From an uncultured delta proteobacterium (GTDB lineage Bacteria; Myxococcota_A; Polyangia; Polyangiales; Polyangiaceae), in the NCBI GenBank assembly GCA_963696385.1, contig CAVOKF010000004.1, forward strand, positions 512,001 to 576,000: a DNA stretch of 64,000 nucleotides, given 5' to 3'. Numbering within the stretch: position 1 is the first letter of the stretch; every line of letters begins with the position of its first letter. Under the pieces are notes generated by a model. The model was not told the DNA's origin, did no database searches, and worked only from the letters and a program-made list of their open reading frames with translations. A program made the position numbers and the translations under genes. Positions 1-8,830 of the stretch are shown here, piece by piece.

Positions 1-461
1 GGCAGGCTCGGCGTCGCGCGCGCTCGCTCGAGTACCGCGAAGACGCGCGCCTCCGCCAAGTGCCGGGACGGCTGGCCGCCGTCCCAGACGAGCTGCACCC
101 CGGCGACGCCCGCGGCGCGCAGCGCCTCGACGATCTCGCCCACGCGTCGCAGGTTCCGCGGGGTGACCGGAACGATCGCGATGGCGCCGGCGACTCCCAG
201 CCCGAGGCCGGCGAGGGCCTTGCGCGACCGTACGCGGACGACCGGGAGTTCAGCCGGCGCTTTCGCAGCGGCTCGTCGCAGCGCCCGCGCCATCGCGACG
301 GCCAGCTGTCGCGCGAGCGCGGCGTCCTTCACCGAAAGGCCGATTCGCGCGACTGCGTCGCCGGAGGTGTCCGCCTCGCCGACGGAGAGCACGATGCCTC
401 CGGGATGCTGGGCCGCGGCGCGCGCCGCACGACGCGCATCACGCCGGACGACGATCGCCAT
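1..461 (-). CDS. Partial hypothetical protein running off the window edge; resembles the C-terminal beta/alpha part of a radical SAM barrel
   Basis: My own translation from ATG at 461 (MAIVVRRDARRAARAAAQHPGG...AIAIVPVTPRNLRRVGEIVEALRAAGVAGVQLVWDGG) is open to position 1. It overlaps the end of the upstream rSAM gene and is absent from the ORF track because it has no stop in the window. Confidence 0.55.
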   Translation of the reverse strand, partial: MAIVVRRDARRAARAAAQHPGGIVLSVGEADTSGDAVARIGLSVKDAALARQLAVAMARALRRAAAKAPAELPVVRVRSRKALAGLGLGVAGAIAIVPVTPRNLRRVGEIVEALRAAGVAGVQLVWDGGQPSRHLAEARVFAVLERARATPSL

Positions 462-1764
462 CGCGGTCCGTTCCCGTCGGGCGGAAGAAACAGTTGTTCA
501 TGCACGTGAGCGGGCACGACGCGATCATCGCGCGCGTCTTCGCGTAGGCCTGCGAGTTCCAGAGCTCGCGCAGGCTCACGTGGCGCGCATCTCCGTGCGA
601 CCAGGGGAGCCGGTAGCATGGCTTGACGAAGCCGCGGTGATCGACGCCGAGGAAGGTTTCGCCCACGTGGCACGAGACGCCGAGCGCGGCGCGCGAGGAG
701 TTGTCGAAGTACCGACGGAAGAGGGCGAGCCGCTCTTGCGACAGGTTGAGGAAGCGCGGATGCTCGCGTGCGATCGCGGTGAGGTCCTCTGCCATGCGCG
801 CGATCGCGGGTCCGTCGGCGCGCATCGGCCACAGCGTGGCGAGCATCTGCACGTCGTCCTTGCGGGTGATTCGGTCACCGTCAATGACGCCGTGCTGGAG
901 GTTGACCGGCTGCACGTTGAAGCCGTTGCAGCCGGTATCGTGCGCCCAGCGCGCGAGATTGGCGATCTCGGCGATGTTCGCTCGCTGGATGACCGTCGAG
1001 ACATTCACGAGCAGCTTCGACGGCCTCGCGTCGCGCGCGGCGACGAGCCGGCGCACCGCGCGGAAGGCGTTGTCGCGGGCCCGCGGGACGCCGGTGATGG
1101 CATCGTGCATCGCGGCGGTCGCGCCGTGGATGGATACGGAGACCGAGACCTCGCGTCGCGCGAGCTCGGTGGCGACCGCTTTCGAGATGCGGAATCCGTT
1201 GGTCGTGACGTTGACGCGCAGGCCGAGGGCGTTGGCGTCGCGGATGTACGCGAGCATCTCGGGGTCTCGGAACGGCTCGCCCTTGCCCGTCAGTGCCACA
1301 CGCCCCACGCCCCACGCCGCCACGTCCGCGAAGAGCGCGCGCACGTGGTCCGGCGTCATCGTCTCAGGATCGCGCTTGGTCACTCGGTTCTTGCACATGA
1401 CGCACTCGAGACCGCAGAGATCGTTGGTCGAAATGTCGACCGCCGGGGGAGGCAGCGTGTATGGGCGGCCGGTCGAGAGGCGGACCAAGACGCCGCGCGC
1501 GTGCAGCCGTCGGAGCGCCGGGACGAGGGCGCCCTCGTGCGAGACCACCGTGCGATCGGGCGTCTCGTCGACCGCGCGGACGACTACCGTAACCGCCGGC
1601 GGGGCAGCGTGCGCAGGCGCGCCCGCGATGCGAAGGAGCAATTCGAGGTTTGCGGGTTCGACGTGCCAGACGAGCGAGCGTCCGGTCGCTAGCGCGGCGC
1701 GTGCGGTGGCAAGGGCCTCTGCGGGCGCCGGCGTGCCGCTCGCGAAGAGGTCTACCGCGTTCAT
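439..1764 (-). CDS. Radical SAM protein with SPASM/twitch domain
   Basis: CxxxCxxC (LCGLECVMC), TGKGEP, VTTNG, SVSIHG; C-terminal SCHVG...GFVKPCY...CPLTCMNNC. ATGA overlap with the upstream fusion gene. Confidence 0.9.
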   Translation of the reverse strand: MNAVDLFASGTPAPAEALATARAALATGRSLVWHVEPANLELLLRIAGAPAHAAPPAVTVVVRAVDETPDRTVVSHEGALVPALRRLHARGVLVRLSTGRPYTLPPPAVDISTNDLCGLECVMCKNRVTKRDPETMTPDHVRALFADVAAWGVGRVALTGKGEPFRDPEMLAYIRDANALGLRVNVTTNGFRISKAVATELARREVSVSVSIHGATAAMHDAITGVPRARDNAFRAVRRLVAARDARPSKLLVNVSTVIQRANIAEIANLARWAHDTGCNGFNVQPVNLQHGVIDGDRITRKDDVQMLATLWPMRADGPAIARMAEDLTAIAREHPRFLNLSQERLALFRRYFDNSSRAALGVSCHVGETFLGVDHRGFVKPCYRLPWSHGDARHVSLRELWNSQAYAKTRAMIASCPLTCMNNCFFRPTGTDRDGDRRPA

Positions 1765-4700
1765 TGTGCCGCAACCTCCTCGATCGCCGCGAAGAGGTCA
1801 TGGGTACCTCCCCTGCAGTTCATGCACACGGGCATCGCCGAACGCCCCGCGAGCATCGCCGCGCGGAACGCGCGGTACCTCTCGCCGCCCCAGATCTCGT
1901 CAAACGGCGTCTCGAAGACGTTGCCCATGACGAAGGCGTCGCCCATGTCCGGCCGGAGGTAACAGCACGGGGTAACCGAGCCGTCGACGTTCACGACGGT
2001 GTGGTCCCAGGGCATCGTGCAGAAGGGGTGGTGGGCGTTGTGCGTCCCGTCCTCGCGGTAGCGCGAGAGCAGCTTGGTCGTCGGCACAAGATGGCGCGTG
2101 GCGTCGTCTTCGGCGCCGACCGTCTTGATGCGCAAGTGGTCGGTGCCCCAGACGCCCGCGAGACGCCGGATCTCGTCGAGCTCGTGCTCGTTGTGCCGCA
2201 TGACGATGAACTGGAGGTCGATGATCGGATGCGTGAGATTGCGTCGCTTCTTTTCGGCGCAGATCCAGGCCACCTGCTCGGCGACGCGTGCGAAATCGCC
2301 GCCCTTACGGAAGACCTCGTAAGTCGCCTGGCTCGCGCCATCTACGCAAAGGATGAGCACGTCCAGGCCGGACGACAGGAGCCTTCGGCCCTTCTCCCCG
2401 TCGAGGAAATGGGCGTTCGACGAGACCTTGACGACGCGGACGCCGGCGGCCTTCGCCTTGCCGATGATCGCCGGCAGATCGCGGTGCAGAAGCGGCTCGC
2501 CGTAGTTCCAGAGGGCCAGGGTCTGGAGGCGCGGGGTCAGGGCCCGCACGACCGAGTCGAACCGCTCGACGCTCATCTGCGGCTTGGGCTTGATCTTCCC
2601 CTTGCCGGTCGGGCACGTCGGGCAGCCGAGGTTGCAGAGGTTCGTCGGCTCGATCATCGCCGCGCGCGGGCCCTCGGCCGGGGCGTCCGACAGGTAGCGC
2701 GCCAGGTCGGGCGGTGGGATTACGCGGACGCCGTGCGCGGCGAACAGCCGCTCCAGGGCGTGCGCTTCGGGCACCGCGGCCATGGCCATGGGCCACGAGG
2801 CCTGCGCCTCGCGCGAGAGGAATATGCGAACGCTCGTGATCTTCGCGAACGACGCGTCGGGTAGAACCGCCAGGCGCTGGAGGAGGGCCTCACCGTCCTG
2901 CATCGGCACGACCTGCACCACGCGAGCGCCGCGGATGAACGGGAGCGCGTAGTCCTGGAACTCGGCCCCGACGAAGCGGCGAAGCTTCATCTCGACGAGA
3001 GGACGGTGACCGAGCGCCTGGCAATCCGACAGCGCCCCGGCGAGAAGCGACACTCCATCCTCCATCGCGCGCAGGCGCACGACGCCGCCCTTGTTCACGA
3101 TCTTCGCGAACGTCGCGCGCCGCTTCGCCGCCGCTACGCGCCGCAGCATCGCGTCCTCCTGCGCGAGACGTAGCAGCGCGACGCCTGTTGTCGCCTCGCG
3201 GAGGGCAGCCCGCTGTGCGAGGGCCCGGGCGCTCGCGGCGGGGCCCGGATCGCCCGCGAGCGCGGCTCGGAAAGCCCGGAGAGGGCGCAGCGCGACCCCG
3301 CGGCGCAAGATCGAGGTCCAGCGCTCCACGATTTGCGCGGTCCGTGTCGTCGTCGAAAAGCGTTGGGCGGCACGCGCCCGTCCGCGGTTCCCCATCTCGC
3401 GCATGCGGCAGGGGTCCGCGAGGAGCGACGCGAGCGCGCGCGCCGTGGCCGAAGCGTCCGCCGGCGGCACCAGGACGGCTGTCGAGCCATCGGCCACCGC
3501 CTCCGGGATCCCGCCCGTGCGCGTCGCGACGACCGGAAGGCCACTTGCGGCTGCCTCGAGCAGCGCAACGCCGAAGCCCTCGACGTCCGTTGCGCTCTCC
3601 TCCGAAAGGAGCAGGAAGACGCGGGCCATGCGGTAGATCGCGGGGAGATCGCCGTCGTCCACCATGCCTATGGCGCGCACCCGGTCGACGATTCCGAGCT
3701 CCCTGGCGAGCGCTTCGAGCTCGGGGGATAGGCGCGCGCTCTCGCCGGTATAGACGTACAGGGCGCGAGGCCGGTGTCGCAGCACCTCGGCCATCGCGCG
3801 CAGCGCTGTCGCGTGTCCCTTGCGCGGGACGAGGCGCGACACGGTGAGGACTACTTCGTCGTCCGGGGCGATCCCCATTCTCGACGCGAGCAGGACCTCT
3901 GCTGGGCCCGGACGGAAGCGGACGGAGTCGACCCCGTTCTCGACGACTTGGATCGCGGCGCGGCGTGCGCCGGCCAATCGGGCGAGACGTGCGGAGAACG
4001 AGGAGACGGCGATGACCACGTCGGCGGCGCGGAGGCCGCCCACGAGCGATGCGCGGTAGGCGGCTTCCTGTCCGTCGTGCCGCGCCCACGGGGCGAGCAG
4101 GTCGTTGCCGTGAACGTTGATGCTGACGGCTGCTGGGAAAGCCGCGCGGAGCGCGGGCACCCAGGGCGCAAGGCCCGCGTTGCATAGATGAACGACGTCG
4201 GGCGCGTCGACGAGCAGCGCGTCGAGCGTGGCGAGCAGGTCGCTCCAGAGATTCATACCCGAAGAAAAGAGCCGGCGCACCGTGCCCTGGGGCAGCCCTG
4301 ACGTTTCGGGGCCGAAGTGTCGCGTCGCGTAGACACGAACGTCGATTCCCTGGTCCAACAGGCCCAACGCCAGCGTTCGCGCCACGGTCTCCATGCCCCC
4401 GAAGCGTGGCGCGAACTCGTGCGCGACGAGGACGACACGCCGGACCTCGCGCCCGGCGCGGAGAGGCCGCAGCACGGCGTCGGCGGTCGTCCGGTTCCCG
4501 GGCACGAGGGGCCGCTTGCGGTGCGCCTCGGTCATCGATGCGAGCGTGCCGGGCGTCAGGAGGAGAGCTTCGAGCCGATCGGCGATCGATCGGGCGTCGG
4601 GGCGGGCAAGCACTGCGGCGCCCATGTCGGCGAGGCGCCGAGCGCGCGCCATCTGGTCCTCTGCGTGGCGGTGCGCCGGCACGAGGATCGCCGGCTTGCC

Positions 4701-5528
4701 GAGCGCGCGGATCTCCGCCACCGAGTTGTAGCCCGCCTGCGAGACGATCACCGACGCCCGCGCGAGGAGAGCGGCTAGGTGGTCGCACGAGCGGGTTACG
4801 TCGAGGCCCGGGACGGCGTCCAGGTGGTCCGGCACCTCCCCGTACGGCCCCGTGACGAGCACCGTCGAGAGCCCCGGAATGCGGGCGTGCGCGAGGATGT
4901 GCGCGTCGGCGGCGGCTCGCAGGAACCGTCGCGCATCGACCGGCTGTCCTCCGCCGCCCGCCATCACCACGACGTGCGGAGCTTTCACTCTCCGCGGGAG
5001 CTTCGTGTCGAGCGCGCGGACGACCGTTCCCGTAACGATGACGGGCAGGTGTTGCTGGCAGCGCAGGTCGACCTCTCCCGCCTCGTGCGGAACGACGATG
5101 CGGTCGAACGCGGCAGATGCGTCGCTCGCCAAAAAATTCGCGAGGGCGTCGCGACGGAGCTCGCGTTGCACGAGGACCGTTCGCGCGCCGATGGACGCGG
5201 CGAAGTGCGCGAGCGCGGTGGGCGCGTGGGTGTCGAAGACGACGAGGTCGGGCCGGAAGGCGCGCAGGGCGGCCGTCATCGCGGCGTACTCGAGCGGCGC
5301 AGGCAGGGCTCGACGTACGCGTTCCGGGTCAGCGTGCGGTTCGGCAAGGCGCGGGGGAAAGCTCACCAAGTCGAAGCCTGCGCGCGTTACCACCGACGTA
5401 TCCGCGGCATTCGTGAGGACGAGGATCTGGGCCTCGGAGTGGAGCGTCCTCACCTCGGTCGCGATGGAGGTTGCCCGGACAACGTGTCCCAGGCCGACCC
5501 CATTGATGGCGTGAAACGCGATTCTCAT
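1761..5528 (-). CDS. Multidomain fusion: GT28/MurG-like glycosyltransferase + GT4 glycosyltransferase + radical SAM + SPASM (~1255 aa)
   Basis: GT28-like: NGVGLGH, QAGYNSVAE, EDQMARA. GT4: FGGME, VSRLVPRKG, EGFGVALLEAAASGLPVV. rSAM: EPTNLCNLGCPTC, NYGEP. SPASM: CTMPW...DGSVTPCC...CMNC. Start placed at ATG 5528 (MRIAFHA), which forms an ATGA overlap with the upstream stop. Confidence 0.9.
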   Translation of the reverse strand: MRIAFHAINGVGLGHVVRATSIATEVRTLHSEAQILVLTNAADTSVVTRAGFDLVSFPPRLAEPHADPERVRRALPAPLEYAAMTAALRAFRPDLVVFDTHAPTALAHFAASIGARTVLVQRELRRDALANFLASDASAAFDRIVVPHEAGEVDLRCQQHLPVIVTGTVVRALDTKLPRRVKAPHVVVMAGGGGQPVDARRFLRAAADAHILAHARIPGLSTVLVTGPYGEVPDHLDAVPGLDVTRSCDHLAALLARASVIVSQAGYNSVAEIRALGKPAILVPAHRHAEDQMARARRLADMGAAVLARPDARSIADRLEALLLTPGTLASMTEAHRKRPLVPGNRTTADAVLRPLRAGREVRRVVLVAHEFAPRFGGMETVARTLALGLLDQGIDVRVYATRHFGPETSGLPQGTVRRLFSSGMNLWSDLLATLDALLVDAPDVVHLCNAGLAPWVPALRAAFPAAVSINVHGNDLLAPWARHDGQEAAYRASLVGGLRAADVVIAVSSFSARLARLAGARRAAIQVVENGVDSVRFRPGPAEVLLASRMGIAPDDEVVLTVSRLVPRKGHATALRAMAEVLRHRPRALYVYTGESARLSPELEALARELGIVDRVRAIGMVDDGDLPAIYRMARVFLLLSEESATDVEGFGVALLEAAASGLPVVATRTGGIPEAVADGSTAVLVPPADASATARALASLLADPCRMREMGNRGRARAAQRFSTTTRTAQIVERWTSILRRGVALRPLRAFRAALAGDPGPAASARALAQRAALREATTGVALLRLAQEDAMLRRVAAAKRRATFAKIVNKGGVVRLRAMEDGVSLLAGALSDCQALGHRPLVEMKLRRFVGAEFQDYALPFIRGARVVQVVPMQDGEALLQRLAVLPDASFAKITSVRIFLSREAQASWPMAMAAVPEAHALERLFAAHGVRVIPPPDLARYLSDAPAEGPRAAMIEPTNLCNLGCPTCPTGKGKIKPKPQMSVERFDSVVRALTPRLQTLALWNYGEPLLHRDLPAIIGKAKAAGVRVVKVSSNAHFLDGEKGRRLLSSGLDVLILCVDGASQATYEVFRKGGDFARVAEQVAWICAEKKRRNLTHPIIDLQFIVMRHNEHELDEIRRLAGVWGTDHLRIKTVGAEDDATRHLVPTTKLLSRYREDGTHNAHHPFCTMPWDHTVVNVDGSVTPCCYLRPDMGDAFVMGNVFETPFDEIWGGERYRAFRAAMLAGRSAMPVCMNCRGGTHDLFAAIEEVAAQ

Positions 5529-6595
5529 GGTGCGTCCCGATCGAGCAGGTGGAGTAAAGCCTCCGCCGCGCGATCTGCCCCGCAGGGGATGAGCGTCGGA
5601 CGTGGCGCGCTCTCCATCCACTCTACGGCTGAGGCAAGGCTCTCGCCGTTGACGCGACCCAGCGAGCGCCCCAGGCCGGCCTCCTCGAAGCGGGCCGCCC
5701 GGCCGGCCTGATCGTCGAACGCACGCGGCATCGCGAAGAGCGCCATCGGGACTCCGGCCTTCGCCAGCTCGTGCGCGAGGTTGTACCCGGCCGGCGCGAT
5801 CGCGCCGTCGAAGGCCGCCAGTAGTGGCTGCAACGGCGTCTCCGCGATGCAGCGAACCCCCGCGAGTGCGGGTCGCTGGCGAGCCAGGGGTCCCACCGCA
5901 AGGACCGGCGACGGGGCGCCGTGCATCCGTGCCAGCGCCGTTGCGGCACGCAGACCCTGCTCGACCGCCTCCTCGTCTCCGCCACCGCCCGAGGCGACGA
6001 GGATCAGTCTCCCCTCTCGGGGGAGGCCCAGGCGATCCCTCGCTGCGTCGCGCGGGATCGCGTCGTCTGCTTCGAACAGCGTGATGGGCGGCACCCGCAC
6101 GACTGGGATGGGCAAGTCCTCCACCTGGTGCGGCCGAGGGTCGTCCGGGACGATCGCCAGGTTGTAGTCCGAGAGCCCCTCACCGGCCGCGCCCGCGCGC
6201 GCGCGGTCCGCTCGAACGCTCCGGCGAATCAGCGCCCGGCGCGCGATGCCACGGACGAGGCCGGAGAGCTCGCCGTGTGGCCCCCACGGGAACGTATCGG
6301 TGACGAGCAGGTTGGGTCGGAAAGCTTCGATTGCCGCGCGCACGACCCGCGTGCCCACGTCGCTGCGGACGGTGTCCGGCCAGCCGCTGCGCCGGGCCAT
6401 CCACGGTCCCGGCCAGCGCACGGCGGCGATTGGCTCGACGCGGAGGACGGCGTCGGCCTCCGAGGTCGTGGCGAGCAACAGCTCGAGCAAGTCCGTCTTG
6501 CGCCGTAGCGCGCGGGCGATCGCCAGCGCGCGAGTGACGTGACCGGCGCCCAGTCCGTCGTTGGCGAGCAAGAGGGCCCGTAGCGGTCGCATCAC
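5525..6595 (-). CDS. GT28/MurG-like (GT-B) glycosyltransferase
   Basis: ANDGLGAGHVTRA, DTFPWG, SGGGG, PAGYNLAHE, DDQAGRA; clearly paralogous to the N-terminal domain of the downstream fusion. Confidence 0.85.
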   Translation of the reverse strand: MMRPLRALLLANDGLGAGHVTRALAIARALRRKTDLLELLLATTSEADAVLRVEPIAAVRWPGPWMARRSGWPDTVRSDVGTRVVRAAIEAFRPNLLVTDTFPWGPHGELSGLVRGIARRALIRRSVRADRARAGAAGEGLSDYNLAIVPDDPRPHQVEDLPIPVVRVPPITLFEADDAIPRDAARDRLGLPREGRLILVASGGGGDEEAVEQGLRAATALARMHGAPSPVLAVGPLARQRPALAGVRCIAETPLQPLLAAFDGAIAPAGYNLAHELAKAGVPMALFAMPRAFDDQAGRAARFEEAGLGRSLGRVNGESLASAVEWMESAPRPTLIPCGADRAAEALLHLLDRDAP

Positions 6596-6924
6596 GACAC
6601 CTCGCCGACGCTGCCGGTCCCGCCGCGGTTGCCGCCGCCCCTGCCTGAGGCGCCGTCTAGTGGGCGAGCGGCGTCCCCGTCCCGGGAGGCGTCACCGATA
6701 GGCGGGTATGCGGCGTCGGCCTCCCCGTCTAGGTCGACGAGCGTGCTGTCCGCCTCGACGTCGGCCCCGACGAGGAAGTGATCCGGCGCCGCGTCGTAGT
6801 CGATGGGCGGTGCCTCGGCGTCTTCGCTGACGCAAGACGCCGGAACGAAGGCGGCGGTGGCGCCGAGGATGGCGCCTACGGACGCGTCGCGGACCCGCGA
6901 CCGCCCCTTGGGGGGTGAAGCCAT
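6592..6924 (-). CDS. Small (110 aa) Asp/Ala/Gly-rich exported or lipoprotein-like protein, first gene of the GT/rSAM operon
   Basis: GAGGAAATC-ATG ribosome-binding site; basic N-region, hydrophobic stretch, then PASC; acidic low-complexity body; stop overlaps the next start. Confidence 0.65.
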   Translation of the reverse strand: MASPPKGRSRVRDASVGAILGATAAFVPASCVSEDAEAPPIDYDAAPDHFLVGADVEADSTLVDLDGEADAAYPPIGDASRDGDAARPLDGASGRGGGNRGGTGSVGEVS

Positions 6925-7121
6925 GATTTCCTCGTGCGCGAGTCGCGAGGCTATGGCGTCCCCGCGAGCCACGCAACGGAAGAGCGGCCGGCGCGCCATC
7001 CTTTCGCCGCCAGCGGAGCCGCGCCAGCCACTAATTCGCTTGACGTAGCGATGCAGCCCGTTCCAAATCGCCGGCTGCGGGGCATGGCTCACGGCCGTCT
7101 TGCCTAGTTTCGGAGGTCTCG

Positions 7122-8666
7122 ATGGGTCGCCGTGCCGTCGTCGGAATCTGCGCGCTGGGGAGTGCACTCGCGGTGGAGGGCAGCGCTCTCGCGCAGTCGG
7201 TTCCTGCAGCATGCGACGCCGTGCAAGAACATCGTCGCGACACGGTTATCGTCTTCCAGCCGCCGTCGTCGTTCACGATATGCCGCGACGGCTCCATCGA
7301 AACGGGCGTCGGCACCGATCGTAGCGTCTATCTCCAGCTCTCGCCCAACGCGGCGGCGCCGCGCATGTTCGATTTCCGCGTTCGCAAGAACGCCGGCGAG
7401 TGGACTCCCCTCGGACTCCGGGGGTGGGAGACGCGGGCTTCCGAGATCACGGGCAAGCTGCGTGAACTCGATCATTCGGGCGAGCCGATCGCGGATGTCG
7501 TCGTCCCTGTCGACATACCTCCACCGACGCCTTTGGGCACGCTGGCCACGGCCCGGACGCGGTATCTCGCCGACGTCACTCCGCGCTACCTCGAGGCGCT
7601 GCACGCCGTCCGCAGCGAGGCGCGCGAGCTCCCGGTGCTGGCGGGCATCGCGCGGCGGTGGTGCGGAGCGCTCGCGGCGCAGCCTCCGGGCGTCCTCCCG
7701 GCCGAGGTGGAGGTTCGCGCCATGTGCTCCGCGCCAGATCTGCGCGAGGGTGCCATCGAGAAGGCCGTCTGGGATTTCGAATCGGCCGCGGTGAAGGAAA
7801 GTACCGAGAGTTCGCATGCTCGCGACGCGACCCTGGCGGCTGTGGCGCATCCGGAGGATGGCAAGGCTGTGAACGACGCCGTGCGCGCGCTTGAAGACGC
7901 GCGCGGGGCCGCCGAAGCTGTGGTCTCCGCGGGCCACGCGCTGCGCGAATCGAGCGCCGCTCTGGCGCGCGATGTGGCCCTGTTGCGCGCCACGGTCCGT
8001 TCCATCGACGCCCTTCGACCGAACATCCCCGTCTATCTCGCGATGTACTCGACGGCGGGCAACGCCGAGCTGGAGATCGAGGCGACGCCGAGCGACGTCG
8101 CCGGAACGGACTCCGACGCCGCTCACTCGAGCAAGGGGAACGTGACGGGGCGCTTCCCGATCTACGGGCGGCATTATCTCGACATTGAGGTTGGTCTCGG
8201 CTGGACGGCGGGAGTGCCCGATTCGCCGTACGTCCAGACGATTCAGGGCAACCAGGTCATCCAGACCAAGCCGGTGGACGAGTTCGTCGGCTTTGCGCTC
8301 GTCGAGCTCGAGCCGCTCCGGTTCGCTTGGCCGGAGCGCCCCCTCGCGGGCCTCCTGCGGATGCCGGTCATCGCCATTCCGTTTACGCGCGACCCGACGT
8401 CCAATTTCTTCGTCGGAGGGGGTCTCGGCTGGACTGGCGTCGGGTCGGTGACGGCCGGCCCGTACTTTTACCGAGAGACGACGCTGCGGCAGGGGTTCTA
8501 CGACAATGAGACGCTACCGAGTGGCGTCCCGTTCGGTGCCGTCACCGTGCCGGGCCTGCACGTTGGATACTTCCTGTCCGCCAGCGTCAATCTCGTCGGC
8601 CTCTATCATCTCATTGTTCCGTCGCGCGCTCCGACGATCGACGGGTTGACGGGGAAGCCAAAGTGA
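7122..8666 (+). CDS. Secreted hypothetical protein (helical middle, beta-rich C-terminus)
   Basis: GGAGG RBS; signal peptide ending SALA-Q; 514-aa ORF with GC3-rich codon usage. Confidence 0.75.
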   Translation: MGRRAVVGICALGSALAVEGSALAQSVPAACDAVQEHRRDTVIVFQPPSSFTICRDGSIETGVGTDRSVYLQLSPNAAAPRMFDFRVRKNAGEWTPLGLRGWETRASEITGKLRELDHSGEPIADVVVPVDIPPPTPLGTLATARTRYLADVTPRYLEALHAVRSEARELPVLAGIARRWCGALAAQPPGVLPAEVEVRAMCSAPDLREGAIEKAVWDFESAAVKESTESSHARDATLAAVAHPEDGKAVNDAVRALEDARGAAEAVVSAGHALRESSAALARDVALLRATVRSIDALRPNIPVYLAMYSTAGNAELEIEATPSDVAGTDSDAAHSSKGNVTGRFPIYGRHYLDIEVGLGWTAGVPDSPYVQTIQGNQVIQTKPVDEFVGFALVELEPLRFAWPERPLAGLLRMPVIAIPFTRDPTSNFFVGGGLGWTGVGSVTAGPYFYRETTLRQGFYDNETLPSGVPFGAVTVPGLHVGYFLSASVNLVGLYHLIVPSRAPTIDGLTGKPK

Positions 8667-8714
8667 CGGGGTGGCTCCCATCTGGATTTCGCATGCCGCG
8701 GGCGGAGCACCGGT

Positions 8715-8830
8715 CGGGCAGAGCGAATGCGAAGCTTCCCGCGAGCCCAACCGCAATCTCGTTGCCTTGAAGCTGAGCCTCAAGCTCGGATCGCTCATCG
8801 TCGCTAAGCTCGGCACGTCGATGCCCTTCA
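8715..8830 (-). mobile_element. Possible degenerate IS630-family transposase N-terminal remnant
   Basis: Minus strand reads ELSDDERSELEAQLQGNEIAVGLA and, after a frameshift, (R)KLRI. This resembles the IS630 HTH start 'L(S/T)xEERxEL...GLARRARIVL' as remembered. No DDE region or terminal repeats found. Confidence 0.35.
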
